Assembly (NCBI RefSeq): GCF_018350175.1
Contig: NC_058376.1
Span: 14,198,001-14,262,000, forward strand
Source of the DNA: Felis catus
Lineage: Eukaryota
Length of the DNA stretch: 64,000 bases
Direction of reading: 5' to 3'
Shown: in pieces, positions 1 through 13,444 of the stretch
Layout of the letters: each line of letters begins with the position of its first letter
Position numbering within the stretch: the stretch's first letter is position 1
Position numbers and translations under genes: made by a program
Notes under the pieces: generated by a model
What the model was told of the DNA's origin: nothing
The model's input: the letters and a program-made list of their open reading frames with translations, nothing else
Database searches by the model: none

Positions 1-1184
1 ATTACACAAATAGTAAAAGCCAAAGCTTGGATTTGAACTTTGGCAGCCTGGCCCTCAAGTCAGTGATAATAGAATACTGATACAATTTAGTATCCAAACT
101 GGAATACCCTTGAGAGTAAAGGATAGCAATATTAATAATTACACCAGCCCAAAAAGGTACATGGTCCTCCTAGCTTTTAATTGTGAATGCACTGTGATTG
201 TGATATTTCTCAGTAAAACAACACATTTAAGATGCATTGAATTTATGATTACATTTTTTTCTTTACTTGAGTAATGACTGTATTTGGTTCAGTTGCCAAA
301 AGATGAATGATGTTTGGTCATGGGAAAAGAGAAACAGAATGAAGGGCAGGAATTTGGAGGACACGTGGAGAAGCGTGAAACATTTCTTCCTAGATTTACC
401 ACTGCGATGGATTTTGAATGATAGAAATACATAAAACAATTACATGAAGGATGGATAGGTTATCAAAATATTATGAATAGCAGCAAGTTAGATAGATGAG
501 ATATTCCAAAGAGAAAAAATAAATTATGAGCTTTGATTGTGTTTTCGATACATGGGTTGATCGCTTTTCTCATTAATTAATTCTGTAGATTTGATGGCAC
601 ATCTGGCGTAATCACCACTGTGTATTGTTGTGAAAGGAGGCAGACACAGACATACTCCTGCCTGGGTGGCTTTATGCATTAACGTGAATACTGGTCAATT
701 TGATGCATTACACCGTAATGAGGAAGAAGCTGAATTTACGGGCTTAGGTAAAATAAAGGATGGTGAAAGAGACCAAGGTTGGTTGGAGTAGCTCTCATGA
801 AGACATGTGTTCACATGGGAACATTTCCTGTTAGGGACCCCTAACAGAAGGTATCGCACTGCTGGTTATGTATGATAAAATCCGAAAAGTATGTTTCATA
901 AAAATACAAGTTATTATTTTAGACTGAAGTTTTATTGGGGGGAAACCCAAGTTAGCAGGTGAGGACCTGAAAACTTCCTTTAACTGCTGTGGCAAAACGT
1001 TTTTTTAAGAAGACATCACAAAATAATGAGAAGCTTCTATACAAACTGATGGAAGGATGAGAGACAGACTGTGTATGAGACACTCTCCACCCATTCCTGG
1101 CAGTTGAGCTATAAATTGGAGTTGGAGCTCTGAATGACATCCATCTTCCTTTGTCACCACCTGAAACTTCACCTGCTGACTGCC

Positions 1185-1396
1185 AGGCGTTCTGATTTTG
1201 ACGGGAACTCTTGGGACGGGGGGTGCTGTGGATGTGGCCTTGACCGTGGCTATGCTGTGGCAGGAGTGACCCAGGATCAGGCTCTGGATATGGTGGTGGC
1301 TGTGGGCTGAGCTATGGCTGTGGATACAGGTGTGGCTCTGATGACTTTCCCTACTGATCCTCATATATCCAAAGATGTCAGTCACCCTGCTGCTAA
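1185..1396 (+). pseudogene. KRTAP21-like (high Gly-Tyr KAP) pseudogene psi1
   Basis: TATAAA at 1110-1115. Start codon reads AGG (gccAGG) then RSDFDGNSWDGGCCGCG. 1-nt frameshift near 1254, then GYGGGCGLSYGCGYRCG, in-frame TGA at 1355-1357, and a C-terminus QRCQSPCC-TAA resembling RRCYSSCC. AATAAA at 1652-1657. Confidence 0.85.
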
Positions 1397-2481
1397 TTTT
1401 GGACTCTCACAGTTTTTATGCCACTTACTAGTGTCCTGCAATGAATTTCAAGAAGCCTGCGTTGATTTTTCCTTACACTTATCTTCATCCCCTTTGGACA
1501 GCAGCAGACAACACGACATTGCAATTTACCCTTCAGCCTCTGGGGCCGTTTCCAAAATTTTGATACAATCAATTTTTAAGCATTTGCTCTTCTGTTAAAC
1601 CATACCATTCTAACATCTCTATGGAGTTTATGTCTTGTAACACAGCTCCTAAATAAATACATTTAAATTCACCTCCCAGGATATTTTTCTGTTTCTGTTT
1701 GTCAAAAACTTTATGATTCTTTTTACCATTCATAAACCAGGCCACACTTAAGAGTTGTAATGGTCCAGAACAATCTGTCTATCTAGAGAGCTGGACACAG
1801 GAGCAAACAAGGATTAGACCAAATAAAAGAGCTTATGTTGTTTTGGTCTCTGCTTCCAATATTTTATGGCTTTTATGCCCAATTTTTAAGTTTCAAGTCC
1901 TATAAAACATCTTTTGGGAAATTTCCTTCTTAGTCTTGATTTGTTATAATATAGAATGATTGTTTTCTTCCTACCATGATGTTTATAAAGATCATAGGCT
2001 TTTTTACTCCTGCAACACATGAAAATATTATTGTGTTCACCAATTGCCATTACCTGACTTATCTTCAGCACTGTTATGAAATAAACTGTAGGGACCTTCC
2101 TGGTAATTTAGAAAGTCCATTTTTAACTTTGTGGCTCAGGTACAGCATTCGCACTTGAAATATAGCTTTTAATTCAGTGAGTCTAGATAGGAAACTCTTT
2201 GGGCAGGGAAGCCCAGATCTTGGAAAAAATAAACAAAATGGGAGATTATGCTTATTAAAGAACAAAATGCCATATTAAAAGTAAAATGTAAGAAGGAGTT
2301 TTCTTAAGTCTTTCAAAAATGATGTGTTCCAACAAACACATTTTACAGCATAAGTTCACTTAATAAACAAAAGTTTGTATGTATAGTGCCAACCATTGAG
2401 GCTAATTTTTTTGTTTGTTTGTTTGATATTTTTACCACTTTTACCATTTGGTTTACTGTCTTATTATCTCTTTAGATTTTT

Positions 2482-2689
2482 AAAAAATGTTTATTTATTT
2501 ATTTTGAGAGAATGAGAGAGAGCACGCATGCAGGGGAGGGACAGAGGTAGACGGAGAGAGAATCCCAAGCAGGCTCCACACTGTCACCACAAAACCCGAT
2601 GTGGGGCTTGAACCCATGAACCGTGAGATCATGACCTGAGCTAAAACCAAGAGTTGGACACTTAGTTGACTGAACCACCCAGGTGCCCT
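2482..2689 (-). mobile_element. Can-SINE (feliform SINEC)
   Basis: tRNA-derived head, CT-rich tract and A tail on the minus strand; 15-bp TSD tctctttRgattttt at 2467-2481 and 2690-2704. Confidence 0.93.
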
Positions 2690-3479
2690 TCTCTTTGGAT
2701 TTTTGAGTAATTATTATATATGTAAATTTGAAAAATGAAAGGATGTAAGGTCCAAATTTATAGTCATCAAGAGCCTTAAAGCTTTTCTTTTAACTAGAGG
2801 CTCTGTAAAGTCAGAGATTATGTCTTCTTTCTTGCACATCTTTGTATTTCCAGCCCCAGAACTGTGTCTGGCATGTAAGAACTCAATCCATTTTTTTGAG
2901 ATAAATCATGTATGATTTTTTTATTATAATGATGCAAATTATATTGTCTTCAATTTTTAATACTAAACAGATTTGCAAAAGATATTTCAATTTATCCTCG
3001 TAATAATCTAATGAAATAGGCAATATTGGCCTTAACATCTGACTTTTTAAATCCCCACACTGCACTGTCCCCTTCCCCTCACTCATTTTAAAAATGAAGA
3101 AACTATATCTCATTGAGTTTAAATGACTTATATAATATCATATGAAAATGATCTGTAGCTTCAATGTGACTTTCTGATTTCCAAAGCCATGGCCATTTCC
3201 CTGTATGATTAATTACTATGAATTCCAAGATATTGTTTAACATGTTTCAAAAATATTAAAATAATAATTCTTTGTGCTGATTCCCTCCCCACACACATTT
3301 TAATCTTAAAAAATTTTGCATTTTATCTTTAGTCCTCTGCACAAAATTCAATGGTCATTGAATAAAAGCAAATGAATAAATTTAAAAGGTAAAATACAAT
3401 AAAACACATGATAGAATCCTTATAAAAATATTGATATAAGTTGAATATTTTGTGAACTGATATATCCTTTTCATAGGTA

Positions 3480-4375
3480 TAAAAGAACACTGAATTCAAC
3501 AAATTATGACAGAATACCTGGATATCCACATGCAAAAGAATGAAGTTAGGCCCCTTCCTATTACCATTCACAAGTCGATTCTAGAGCTAAATATCACAGC
3601 TAAAAGTATAGAAGAAAGTATAACAGTAAATCTTCATGACGTTAAGGCCAAACCTAATAATAGTTATGATAATAAAGGCACAAGTGACAAAAGAAATAGA
3701 TAAATTGGACTTTATGAAATTAAAAACCTCTGATTCAATGGACATGATCAAGATAACTTACAGAATAAAATATTTCAAATCATAGATCGTATGAAGGAAT
3801 TTTTCCAGAATGTATAAGGAACTCTTACAACTGAATGACCCAACTCAAATATGGGCATAATGTTTGATTGATTACAAATGGAATCTGTTTATACAAATGA
3901 CCAATAAACACATGAAAAGATGCTCAAAATCATTAACCATCAGAGAACTGCAAATCAAAATCCCAATGAGACATTTACTTCACAGCCAGTAGGTTAACTA
4001 TAATAAAAACGTCAGGTAATAAGTGTTGGTGGGGATGTACCGAATTTGGAATCTTCATCCAATGCTGGTAGGAATGTAAAACGAGGCTGGTATTTTGGAA
4101 AATATTCTGGCAGTTCCTTAAAAGTTTTAAATATGAAGATACCATATGACCCAGCCATTTAACTCCTAGGTAAATATTCAAGAGAAATGAGAACATATGT
4201 CCACACAAATGCCGGTATATACTTGAACTACACAGCAGTATTCAGATTAGCCAAAAATTAGATGCAAACAATATGTCTGCCAATTTATGAATGGATAAGT
4301 AAATGTGATCTATCCATAACATGGAATACTGTTTAGCAATAAAAAAGAATAAAGTACTAATGCAAGAGGTTACAA
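3480..4375 (+). mobile_element. Old L1 fragment (3' ORF2/3'UTR, L1M-type)
   Basis: Typical L1 3' ORF2 motifs (tggatatccacatgcaaaagaatgaag; catgaaaagatgctcaaaatcattaaccatcagagaactgcaaatcaaaa; ccatatgacccagc); heavily degraded. Confidence 0.85.
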
Positions 4376-5913
4376 TTGTGCCCCTACTGGCCATCTGAGC
4401 ATTGAAACCCATGAGAAGACTCATGATGAGCTATACTTTAAGGTAGGCAGCAAGAGGATGTGTAATGATTCTTCCTGTACTGTCTATGACACTTGGTAAA
4501 CGAGCCCAATTTTTGCCTCTTCTAAGGTTGTTTTAGGCTCACTGTTAATATGAAAATCTAGATTTTACGGAGTTAATTCTTCCTACATCAAAGGTTGGGA
4601 TGCCCCACATCCCCATAAAGTCCTTGGTATACTCCTCTTTTTTTTTTCTTTTGTCTGTATTCAGGTGTTTCTTGGGTCTCTGCAATTCTTGCAAAAGCTT
4701 GTGTTTTTTATCAACAAGGAGATACTGAAGAAATCAGGACAGACTATTAAATAATATGGTGGTTCCTAAGATTGCACGAAGGAGAGGTCTCATTTCATTA
4801 GCTATTGTTGGCATTATTATCATTTGATTTCCAAGACAGTTCATTGGGTAGCATTATGACTCAACAATAAGGCTGTTGGTTAAAATCCTGTGTTTTTGTG
4901 GAAAAATTTCCCTTTATTTATTCATTTTATGCATGCCTATATTTCAGTATGTCTGTGTCCATAGATCATCCTTCACTTAGTGTGGACTGAATACCAAATG
5001 AAGTTTTCTCTTCTGAAAAAAAGAAAAAAAAAAGATATGTGAGATTTATGAAGATATGTGAATACTTTTTGATTCCCTCCTCAGCATTAAACTGGAGTTC
5101 TTAAATTGCCAATAAAATCAGAGAGTGCTTAATCAGATGTAATGGTGTGGTGCTCAATTGATTGCATCAATCAATGGCCTGAGGGGTCCCTGGAAAGTGG
5201 AGTGTTATGGTTACTCCATCACATGGTCTGACTGATTTTTCTGGGGGGAGGAAGACCATGATAAATATTTGAAAATTAGAAATTTTAGCAAATGTAGATA
5301 CTGTGTGTAAGAAATATTCACATGTTTGAAGTAGCTAGAATACTGTCTAATTCTTTTTTCTCATCTCAGATAAGACATTTGATCATGTAAAGACATCGTC
5401 TGGGTATTTTCCTAGTTTAAATTGATGAAATACTCAAACCTTTCAATGAGCTGGATTATATGAGGTGTTGATGAGAGGTATATTTTTGTATTCATGTCAA
5501 TTTATCTTATGTTTAATCAAGCATTTCCTTTGTGATATTTATTACCTGAAGTAATAGTTCACAACTTAAAACCTAGGTAGGGAGATAAAATCTTGCTAGT
5601 GTCATAGGGATAGAAACAAAAATACTTACTAGTGTTAAAAAGAATTCACCTGCCAACTTGTATCAATTCATTTATAATAGAGATATTTCAGGCATAGGGA
5701 GATAAAAAACAGGAGGTGAGATCCAACGTATTGTTATCTGCTTATTTCCCAGTGATTGAATATAGAAACACAACACTCGACAGAAGTGAAAATGATTACA
5801 TTACAGGATTATTTCCTTTGGCTGGTTTCCTGATGAAATTATTTGTATTTTTGAACATGCAAAATCATTTAATTTGCTAGAATATATATTTTTCTAATGT
5901 TTTGAGCAATTTT

Positions 5914-5925
5914 TATATGTTTATT

Positions 5926-5978
<53 letters not shown>

Positions 5979-6141
5979 GCTGGGGAAAAGGCAGGGAGAG
6001 GGAGACACAGAATCCAAAAACACAGCTCCAGGCTCCAAGCTGCCAGCACAGAGCGTGATGCGGGGCTCGAACCCACAAGCGGCGAGATCATGACCTGAGT
6101 TGAAGTTGGACTCTCAACCGACTGAGCCACCCAGGCGCCCC
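5914..6141 (-). mobile_element. Can-SINE (SINEC_Fc-like) with (GA)n tract
   Basis: Ends gagccacccaggcgcccc; TSD atgttttgaRcaatttt at 5897-5913 and 6142-6158. Confidence 0.95.
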
Positions 6142-6454
6142 ATGTTTTGAACAATTTTGAGTCTGTTGTTATTCTTTGTTAAAGAGAACTACTTTGAGAA
6201 CATACAGAAACTATTTTGTTGTCATTTTGGAAAATGTTTATACTATTTTTTTTTTCCAAAATAGGTAAGACAAAAATAAGCAATAATCTCCATCGGTCTC
6301 TCTTCCTTTTTCTCACTCAACCATTCTCTCTCTCTCTCTTTTTTTTTTTTGATTTTTAGTTTCTTTTGAACCATTCTTGATGAGAAGATATTTACTCAAT
6401 AATAACATAGAAAGGGCATCTTGCAAACTGATTTGCTCACTTTCTGCATGCAAT

Positions 6455-6456
<2 letters not shown>

Positions 6457-6491
<35 letters not shown>

Positions 6492-6564
6492 ATCTATCTA
6501 TCTATTTGTTTCTGAGGAAGAGAGTGTGCACGTGCATGCACCAGTGGGGGAAGGGCAGAGGAGG

Positions 6565-6606
<42 letters not shown>

Positions 6607-6728
6607 CTCAAGTAGGTTCCATGGTCACTGTGAAGCCTGACATGGGCTTCATTTCAGGACGGTGAGATCATGACCTGAGCAGAAATCAAGAGTCAGACAC
6701 TTCACAGACTGAGTCACCCAGGCATCCC
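6457..6728 (-). mobile_element. Can-SINE whose tail has become a (TCTA)n microsatellite
   Basis: SINE body 6510-6728, (TCTA)n at 6457-6504, TSD tgcatgcaattt at 6445-6456 and 6731-6742. Confidence 0.92.
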
Positions 6729-7112
6729 TATGCATGCAATTTTTCAATAGGAAGTAGTCAACTTGGTTCTTGTTAAGATGAAACTTTAGGAAGAGTCAAA
6801 TTATATCCTAAAATATATCAAGGTAGCCTTGTGATTTCTTGGTGTGTTTCTGAATTCTGGGGACTTCCAAATACAAAGTCGGGTTTGGATATAATTATTC
6901 CAATTACCTATGAAGATATTAAAATTGTGTGCAATCTGTTCTAGGGTTTTGTCTTTTTTTTTTGGTACCATACCTACTATTTGAACAATTTTTTACTTTG
7001 ATCTGAAAAACCTTGGCTACCATAATCAATCTAAATAGAAACTGTTAGTTTCCTCACTTGAATGTTATGGTTGAACCTGGAGATAGTCATACCAGCCCTG
7101 AGCTGACAGTAA

Positions 7113-7475
7113 CTGTATTGTTAGCTTGGGCTGCATTTTAATGCCCATAGACTGGGTGGCTTAAACACTAGAAATTTATTTTTCTCAGTTCTGGAGGCTG
7201 GGAAGTCAAAGGTCAACGTTCCTGGTGAGAGCTCTCTTCTTGGCTTTCAGATAGCCTCCTTCTTCCTGTGTCTTTTCCATGGTAGGGAGAGAAGAAGTAA
7301 GCTCTCTGGTATATTTTCTTATAAAACAACACTAATCCCTTCATGAGGGTCCCCCTCGTGATGTCATCTAATCTTAATTAGCTCCCCCAAACTCCATCTG
7401 TAAATACTATCACACTGGGGGTTATGGCTTCAATATATGTATTTGGAGGTAGGGGGGACACAGTCCAATCTTAAC
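7113..7475 (-). mobile_element. MaLR solo LTR (MLT1A/B-like)
   Basis: Reverse complement of MLT1 hallmarks: actgggtggcttaaac..gaaatttattt..cagttctggaggctgggaagtc; atactatcacactgggggtta..gcttcaa..gggggacaca. Confidence 0.85.
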
Positions 7476-8479
7476 CTTATGTTAAGTGAAAGTCAGGCTA
7501 GTCTACCAAGTGTCATAGATAGTATAGGGAATCGTGGAAACTCTTGCAGCCTGTTTTAAAATCTAGTTCATCATGAGTCTTTTCATGGATTTCAAATTCT
7601 TGGCTGTATACAGAACATTTCATAGGATTGTAAGGGCACAGTTGTATCTTCTTTGAGATAAGTTTTTTCTTTCGGTATCCTATGCAATGTGTTGCCACGG
7701 TTTCCTCTTGAAACAGCCGGCAAAACTATGCATTTGGCACAGAATATATCCCGGCTATCAGATCTCACATGGCTTGCCAGTCTGTCCTAATTTTGGAGAC
7801 TTGTTAGTTGCAAACACAGTCTTAGAACTTGCATTTCTTATTTTTCTAACATCAGCATCAGCACAACTCAGGCCACAAGGCATGCCCTTCCTTGCATTTC
7901 TGTTCTGCATGATTTAGGGCCACGGCACAACTGACTTTCCTGGACTCTTCTATAATTTTTTTTTAAGAAGTAATGACAAGTTATTGAAATTTATGTTCTC
8001 CCACATATTTAGCCAATTACAGTTTGTTGGCGATCCAGAGCTTCTGAGAAAGGAATTGTCTGATATAAAACTGGTAGTGTCATTCCTAACAGGAACACTT
8101 AGGCACGCCTAAATTATACTTTGTCATGATTACCCGACTTGCTGTTATACCAAGATGACAAAATAAATGATATAATGACTATAACTGTGTTTATAATAAG
8201 GAATTGTGGTGGTTACAACAATAGCCAGAGGTGTAAAGTTAATAACTGGATCATTTTTTTTATGAGCATTTCCTGGGTGTGGAATACCTAGCGGAGATGA
8301 ATTATCAGAGCTTTCATTACTCATTTTAATTACTGTTATTGCCAAGTAATATAAAGTCTGGGCCATTTTCTCACCATGCTTTGTGGGAATCTTTCCTTGA
8401 TCCCAAAGAGCTTATTACACCTTGAAATCACCTTAACTGTAAAGAAAAGTAAAATAATAAATATTAAAATTATGTTATC

Positions 8480-8740
8480 ATTGCCAAGTTGCAAAGGTCT
8501 GAAAATTTAACATTATCGTTCATTTCTCCTTTTTCTTCACTATTAGAACCAATCTCTCGCCTAATGTAGTTGTATTTTTTTTTTATAACTCCCCCTTCTT
8601 TGGAGTACCATTTCAACTGCTCTAGGCCAGAAATTTCTTGCCTTTTATTTTGTGCAATGACTTCACGAAGGTTCTCTGTGACTTTAGATTTTCTCCAATT
8701 TATACTAGACATTACCACAAGAATTAATTTTTTGCATCCA
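8480..8740 (+). mobile_element. L2 fragment
   Basis: Degenerate similarity to the L2 3' region, by eye. Confidence 0.5.
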
Positions 8741-8776
8741 GTCCAATTCCATCCTATTTCACAAATAATTAATGAG

Positions 8777-8778
<2 letters not shown>

Positions 8779-8816
<38 letters not shown>
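8779..8816. repeat. (CA)n microsatellite
   Basis: Directly visible. Confidence 0.97.
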
Positions 8817-9129
8817 AGTTGCTGCGTTTGAGAGGCAATGGGAGAATATTAGACAAACAGAAGAAAACACATTGTACCCAAGGTGTTCACAGACTTTAAA
8901 AGAAAAGAAACAAACAAAAAAAGTAAGATGAAGATTGTAAAAAGTTATGTCCAGGATGCCACGTAGTTGATTTTAAAGAATACTTGTCTATGAATCTTTA
9001 CTTTGTATATTAGATTTAAAATGAATAATAAAACAAGAGATAAAAGTAATTCCTCTTAATTCATGTGTTTACTCTTATGAAATCCATTAATGTAATATTG
9101 CAGATGGACACTGCTTGGTATAAAAAAAG

Positions 9130-9800
9130 GAGGTCCTAAAAACCTCGCAAAAGAGGTGAAGACTGGGTTTGCCAGATAGTCACCTGACGGAAATATTCCA
9201 GGCAGGAAAAGTAGCACCAACCAAATTCAACATCATTGTATCCTGAGAAGTTTGGTGAGGTTAAGAACATACAGAGTATGTCATGTTAAGTTCAGCATTT
9301 GTGTTTCACTCTTATGGAGACAGGGAGTACTGAATTAGTGAAGACACACAATCGGACTGGTAGCTTAGAAAAAATTATGGTGGTGGTTTGCAGGATGGGC
9401 TGGTGCTAGAAAGATCAAATAATTTGTATCAATAACGTGGGAAAGATGATAATGATGATATATGACTAGAGGATGGCCTGAGAGAATGGTACAGATTTTA
9501 GAGATATGTGTAGGAGATAGAATCTATCAGGAGATAGATATGCTTGTAGAGAATGAGAAATAACTGGAGAAGGCAGAGGTAAGGCACCCCGAATAATTAA
9601 AGGATGAGCAGAAGATGTATTAAAAGGAGACAGTGAAAACTAAGGATTTCTCAGAGTGGTGGGGTTGGAGCTAGAAACTAAGGAATGCAAGTGTTTAAGA
9701 AAAATCAGACAGATAAAAGAGGAACTGAAAACTGGAACATGGGTCATAATTAGCATTTTTGCCAAGAGCAGTTGGGGTGGATGATGGGGTTGGAGTACAG
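9130..9800 (-). mobile_element. L2 fragment
   Basis: Purine-rich L2-like motifs (agattttagagatatgtgtaggagatagaatctatcagga). Confidence 0.55.
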
Positions 9801-10272
9801 TTCTGAAATGGAGATGACACGGAAAAGAAGCACAATTGGGTCACAGATAGGTGATGTGCAGGCTCAAAAGAGAATTCCTAAAATACAAATTTAAAGCTAG
9901 AAGCAGGGACACATATTTTTAAGATTCAGCATCCTGATGCCTATTATATGGTACGTGTTTAATAAATGCTTACCAGTTGTCTGATGACCATAGAAAAGCA
10001 AGTAAGACCATTAATGCAAATGAAGATTATTGTAATAAAATCTACTTTGTGGTAATGGAGGTGGAAAACACATTTATAATAAATCCTGGAGTCTGGAAGG
10101 ATTGATATTTCAGATGATTATTATAGGAAAGAGTAATCACAGCACCTACAATAATTAAACAAGGATGAGGAAGCTTTGAATGAAAGGCACGTCTTTAACA
10201 GGATTTATGACACTCTATATGTTTCAAAGTTAAAACTTCTAGAAAAATTAATGTTCTTTCTCCCTAACTGTA

Positions 10273-10467
10273 TTTAAAATTTTTAAATGTTTATTTATTT
10301 TTGAGAGAGAGAGAGAGCAAGGGAAGGGCAGAGAGGGAGACAGAGGATCCAAAGCAGGCTCCACACTGACAGCAGAAAGCCGGATATGGGGTTTGAACTC
10401 ATGAACCATGAGATCATGACCCGAGCTGAAGCTGGACACTCAACTGACTGAACCACTCAGGTGCCCC
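10273..10467 (-). mobile_element. Can-SINE
   Basis: SINE body; TSD ctccctaact at 10260-10269 and 10468-10477. Confidence 0.92.
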
Positions 10468-10819
10468 CTCCCTAACTCTTAATGTTACACAACTCCTTGT
10501 CATAAAAATTGGGTCCATTCCTCCACAACTAGAGAATAGCATATTGTTACCACAAACACAGAATACCTTGAGTTTGAAGGTGTTCAGTTTGTAGCAAGTA
10601 TAAGAGTTAATCAAGGTGCTCTACTTATGAAGTGTTAATGGTTCAACTAAATGGTGAAGGTCAAAAAGGAAATTTAAAAAAAAGATTTGGGATTGAAAAG
10701 AGTCATCAGTGTGTGTTACTTAGAACATGTAGTGAATACAAGCTCTATAAAAAGAAATACTCAGCAATGAATTATTTTATTTATCCCTGTCCTGTTTGGT
10801 GATATTAAGGAAAAAGTAT

Positions 10820-11010
10820 AAACATTGGATTAGAAAGACCAACTAAACTTCTGACGGTGAAGAGCTGCGTGATATTGTAAGTAACTTAACCTCTGACACC
10901 AGTCTGTTCATTTATAAAATGGGAAGAACAAATTACAAAACATTTCTCACAGGACTCTTGAAAATAACATGGGCTAAGACGTGTGGAAGTGCTTTATAAT
11001 CAAATACAAT
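10820..11010 (+). mobile_element. MIR fragment
   Basis: MIR core (gtaacttaacctctg..cagtctgttcatttataaaatggg). Confidence 0.7.
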
Positions 11011-11149
11011 TGTTAATATTTGTGGTTATTTTAGCCATTATTGTTGAAATTTATGTCCTTGTCTCTATATTAAGATAATAAAAATGGAATATTATAATTG
11101 GAAGGATCTTCAGTATTATCAAATCTAATGATTCTTTGTCTTTAATTCC

Positions 11150-11530
11150 TTAATTAATTCATTTTCTCACTTATTCTTTCATTTATTAAACCTTCATTTG
11201 CTTTGTGCATCCATTGAATCACACATTGGGCCAGGTCTTAGGGATAAATAAACAAAATAAAAGTCCTTTCTGGGAAGCAAATGAAATTCAGTAAGGAAAG
11301 TAGACAAAACAAAAATTATAGTATGATATGCAGGGATTATGATAAGGTAAGGATCAGGTTATGACCTCAGAGAAGGGGTATGTGGATCAAATTATGGGAA
11401 TCTTAGAGGGCCTCCTAGAGAAGGGGAAGTCTGTGTTGAGTCTCAAATGATGAGTCAGATTTTGCTAGAAGTTATTCTGGTGGGAGTATGTCTTAGGCAT
11501 TTGAAGCAACTTATAGGAAATGTGGAATTA
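11150..11530 (-). mobile_element. L2 3' end fragment
   Basis: ttcatt-rich tail followed by L2-like ggccaggtcttagggata. Confidence 0.55.
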
Positions 11531-11874
11531 ATCTTTGGTATTCCGGAAAGCACTGTGGAGAGAGGCTAATGAAGAGAGAGTGTTTTCAAATATGTTTTAA
11601 TAGCATGGACTTGGGTGATGTCAGTGGCCTTCAAGGCTGATGATTGGCTTGATATACCTTTTCAATAACAGCAAATTATACTGAAACTTTACAACAAATT
11701 TGGAATCTCCAAATAATGAGCTCAGCTCATTTTATGCAAATTACTGTGGTGATGAGAAGCAGAGTCAGACTGAAGTAAGCCATACCCATTTCTCACAGTA
11801 TGGGAGAGTCCCAGGTGTGTGGGTGACATTCATGTGTGAAAAAGTTCCTACCACAATTTACTGATCCTGAAACC

Positions 11875-12062
11875 GTGGGCTGCTACTTTTATGGAAACTC
11901 ATATAGAGGCTGTGGCTATGTACCTAGTTATGGCTGTGAATGGAGCTACAGAGGACCGAATTGTGGATACAGTTCAAGATATGGCTGTGGATTTGGATCC
12001 AGATATGGCTGTGGATATGGTCCTGGCCATTTTGCTACAGATGTTATTTTTCTTACTGTTAG
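11875..12062 (+). pseudogene. KRTAP21-like pseudogene psi2
   Basis: Start ATG>GTG (accGTG) then GCYFYGNSYRGCGY..SRYGCGFGSRYGCGYG. A deletion/frameshift near 12022 puts the conserved tail (WPFCYRCYFSYC-TAG) out of frame. TATA is degraded (cagtatggga at ~11797 versus cagtatataa). The 3' flank resembles the 3'UTR of the intact genes. Confidence 0.87.
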
Positions 12063-12689
12063 CACAAGCATATCCTTTGCCTCTGAAGTGATTCTTCTAA
12101 GTAATATCTATGTCAAGTCTTTGTCTGACAAGGCTACGTCCATCTTAGAACTAGGTTATTACTTACTTGAAACCACTTAGGCATAAATAAGTGTTATCAT
12201 GAATAGAAGCTGAGTGACCAGTTGTTCCACATTGAGCTGAAGATTGGAGATCTGAGTTGGATTATTTTTCAAAAGAAACTCTGTATTTCCTGATTCTTTA
12301 TTATGAACTCTCTCTGGGAAGAAAATCACACTTCCCATTCCCATCAATATGATTCTTTGGATCCTTTTGTTTGTTTGTTTGAATCATTATTATCTTGGGC
12401 AATATACATTACAGATGAATCTTACGTTTTCCATTGGTTCAACCCAAACACTGATCCGTATACATTTATTTTCAGTAATTTGTGGTTGATTATTCTTTTT
12501 ATCCCATATCAACATACTTCTACACAAACAGGGAAATTAATTTGGCAGTGAAATCTAAAATAGATATTAAGAAGGACAGCTGAAAAGTTTGGTGAATACT
12601 CTGAAAGAGAACATGTGGTCTTAACTTTGAACAACAAATTTCTCCTATGTTTAGGGATATTGTGGGATATATAGCAGTATTGCAAGAGG

Positions 12690-13405
12690 GCATGGGGACG
12701 GTGTTTAGGATCCAAAGTAATTTTGAACAAGAATAGCAAACCTGGAGGACTTATGCTTTCAGGAATATTGAAACTTATTATGGGTCTATAGCAGTTAATT
12801 ACTGTATTATTATCTGAGTGCCAAATTGGCTCAGATATAGAGAAATATGCAAATGAAAGGAAAGAGAGTTCAGAAGCAGGGCATCCCATGTATGGTTTTC
12901 CATTGTGACAAAAATGACTCTGTGTGAGGTTTAAAGATTATTTTTTCTAATAAATGGTACTGATCATTGAATATCCGTATTTTTGAGAAAGAAACTAACC
13001 CTTATCTTAAGCCACACACAAAAGTCTGTTAAAAAGAAGCATAGATCTAAATGTGAAAGGTGAAATGAGAGATTTCTGACACAAACATTGGAGAATATCT
13101 TCAAGATCTTGGAGTAGGCAAAAATTTCTTTAAAAAAGTGTAAAACATCAAGGAAAAATGGATATGTTGGGCTATCAAAATAAGTTGAGAACTTTTGTTT
13201 AATCAAAAACATCCACTAAGAGAGTAAAAGGAAAGCTATAGGCTGGAAGAAGACATTTACAGTATCTATTTACATTTGATGAAGGACTTGTATCCAAAAT
13301 ACATAGAGAATTATACATTTATAAGGAAAAAATACATTCTAGTAGAAAAATGAATACAAGACTTGGATACTTCACCAAAGAGGATATAAATAGCCAATAA
13401 ACATT

Positions 13406-13444
<39 letters not shown>

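Noticed and set aside
5869-6640. ERERER / SLSLSL / YLSIYL ORFs (also IYIYIY at 26321-26689)
   Set aside because: Translations of SINE (GA)n tracts and microsatellites.
11836-12180. 114-aa ORF as a functional KRTAP with a novel tail
   Set aside because: GTG start, degraded TATA and a frameshift into 3'UTR-derived sequence indicate a pseudogene.
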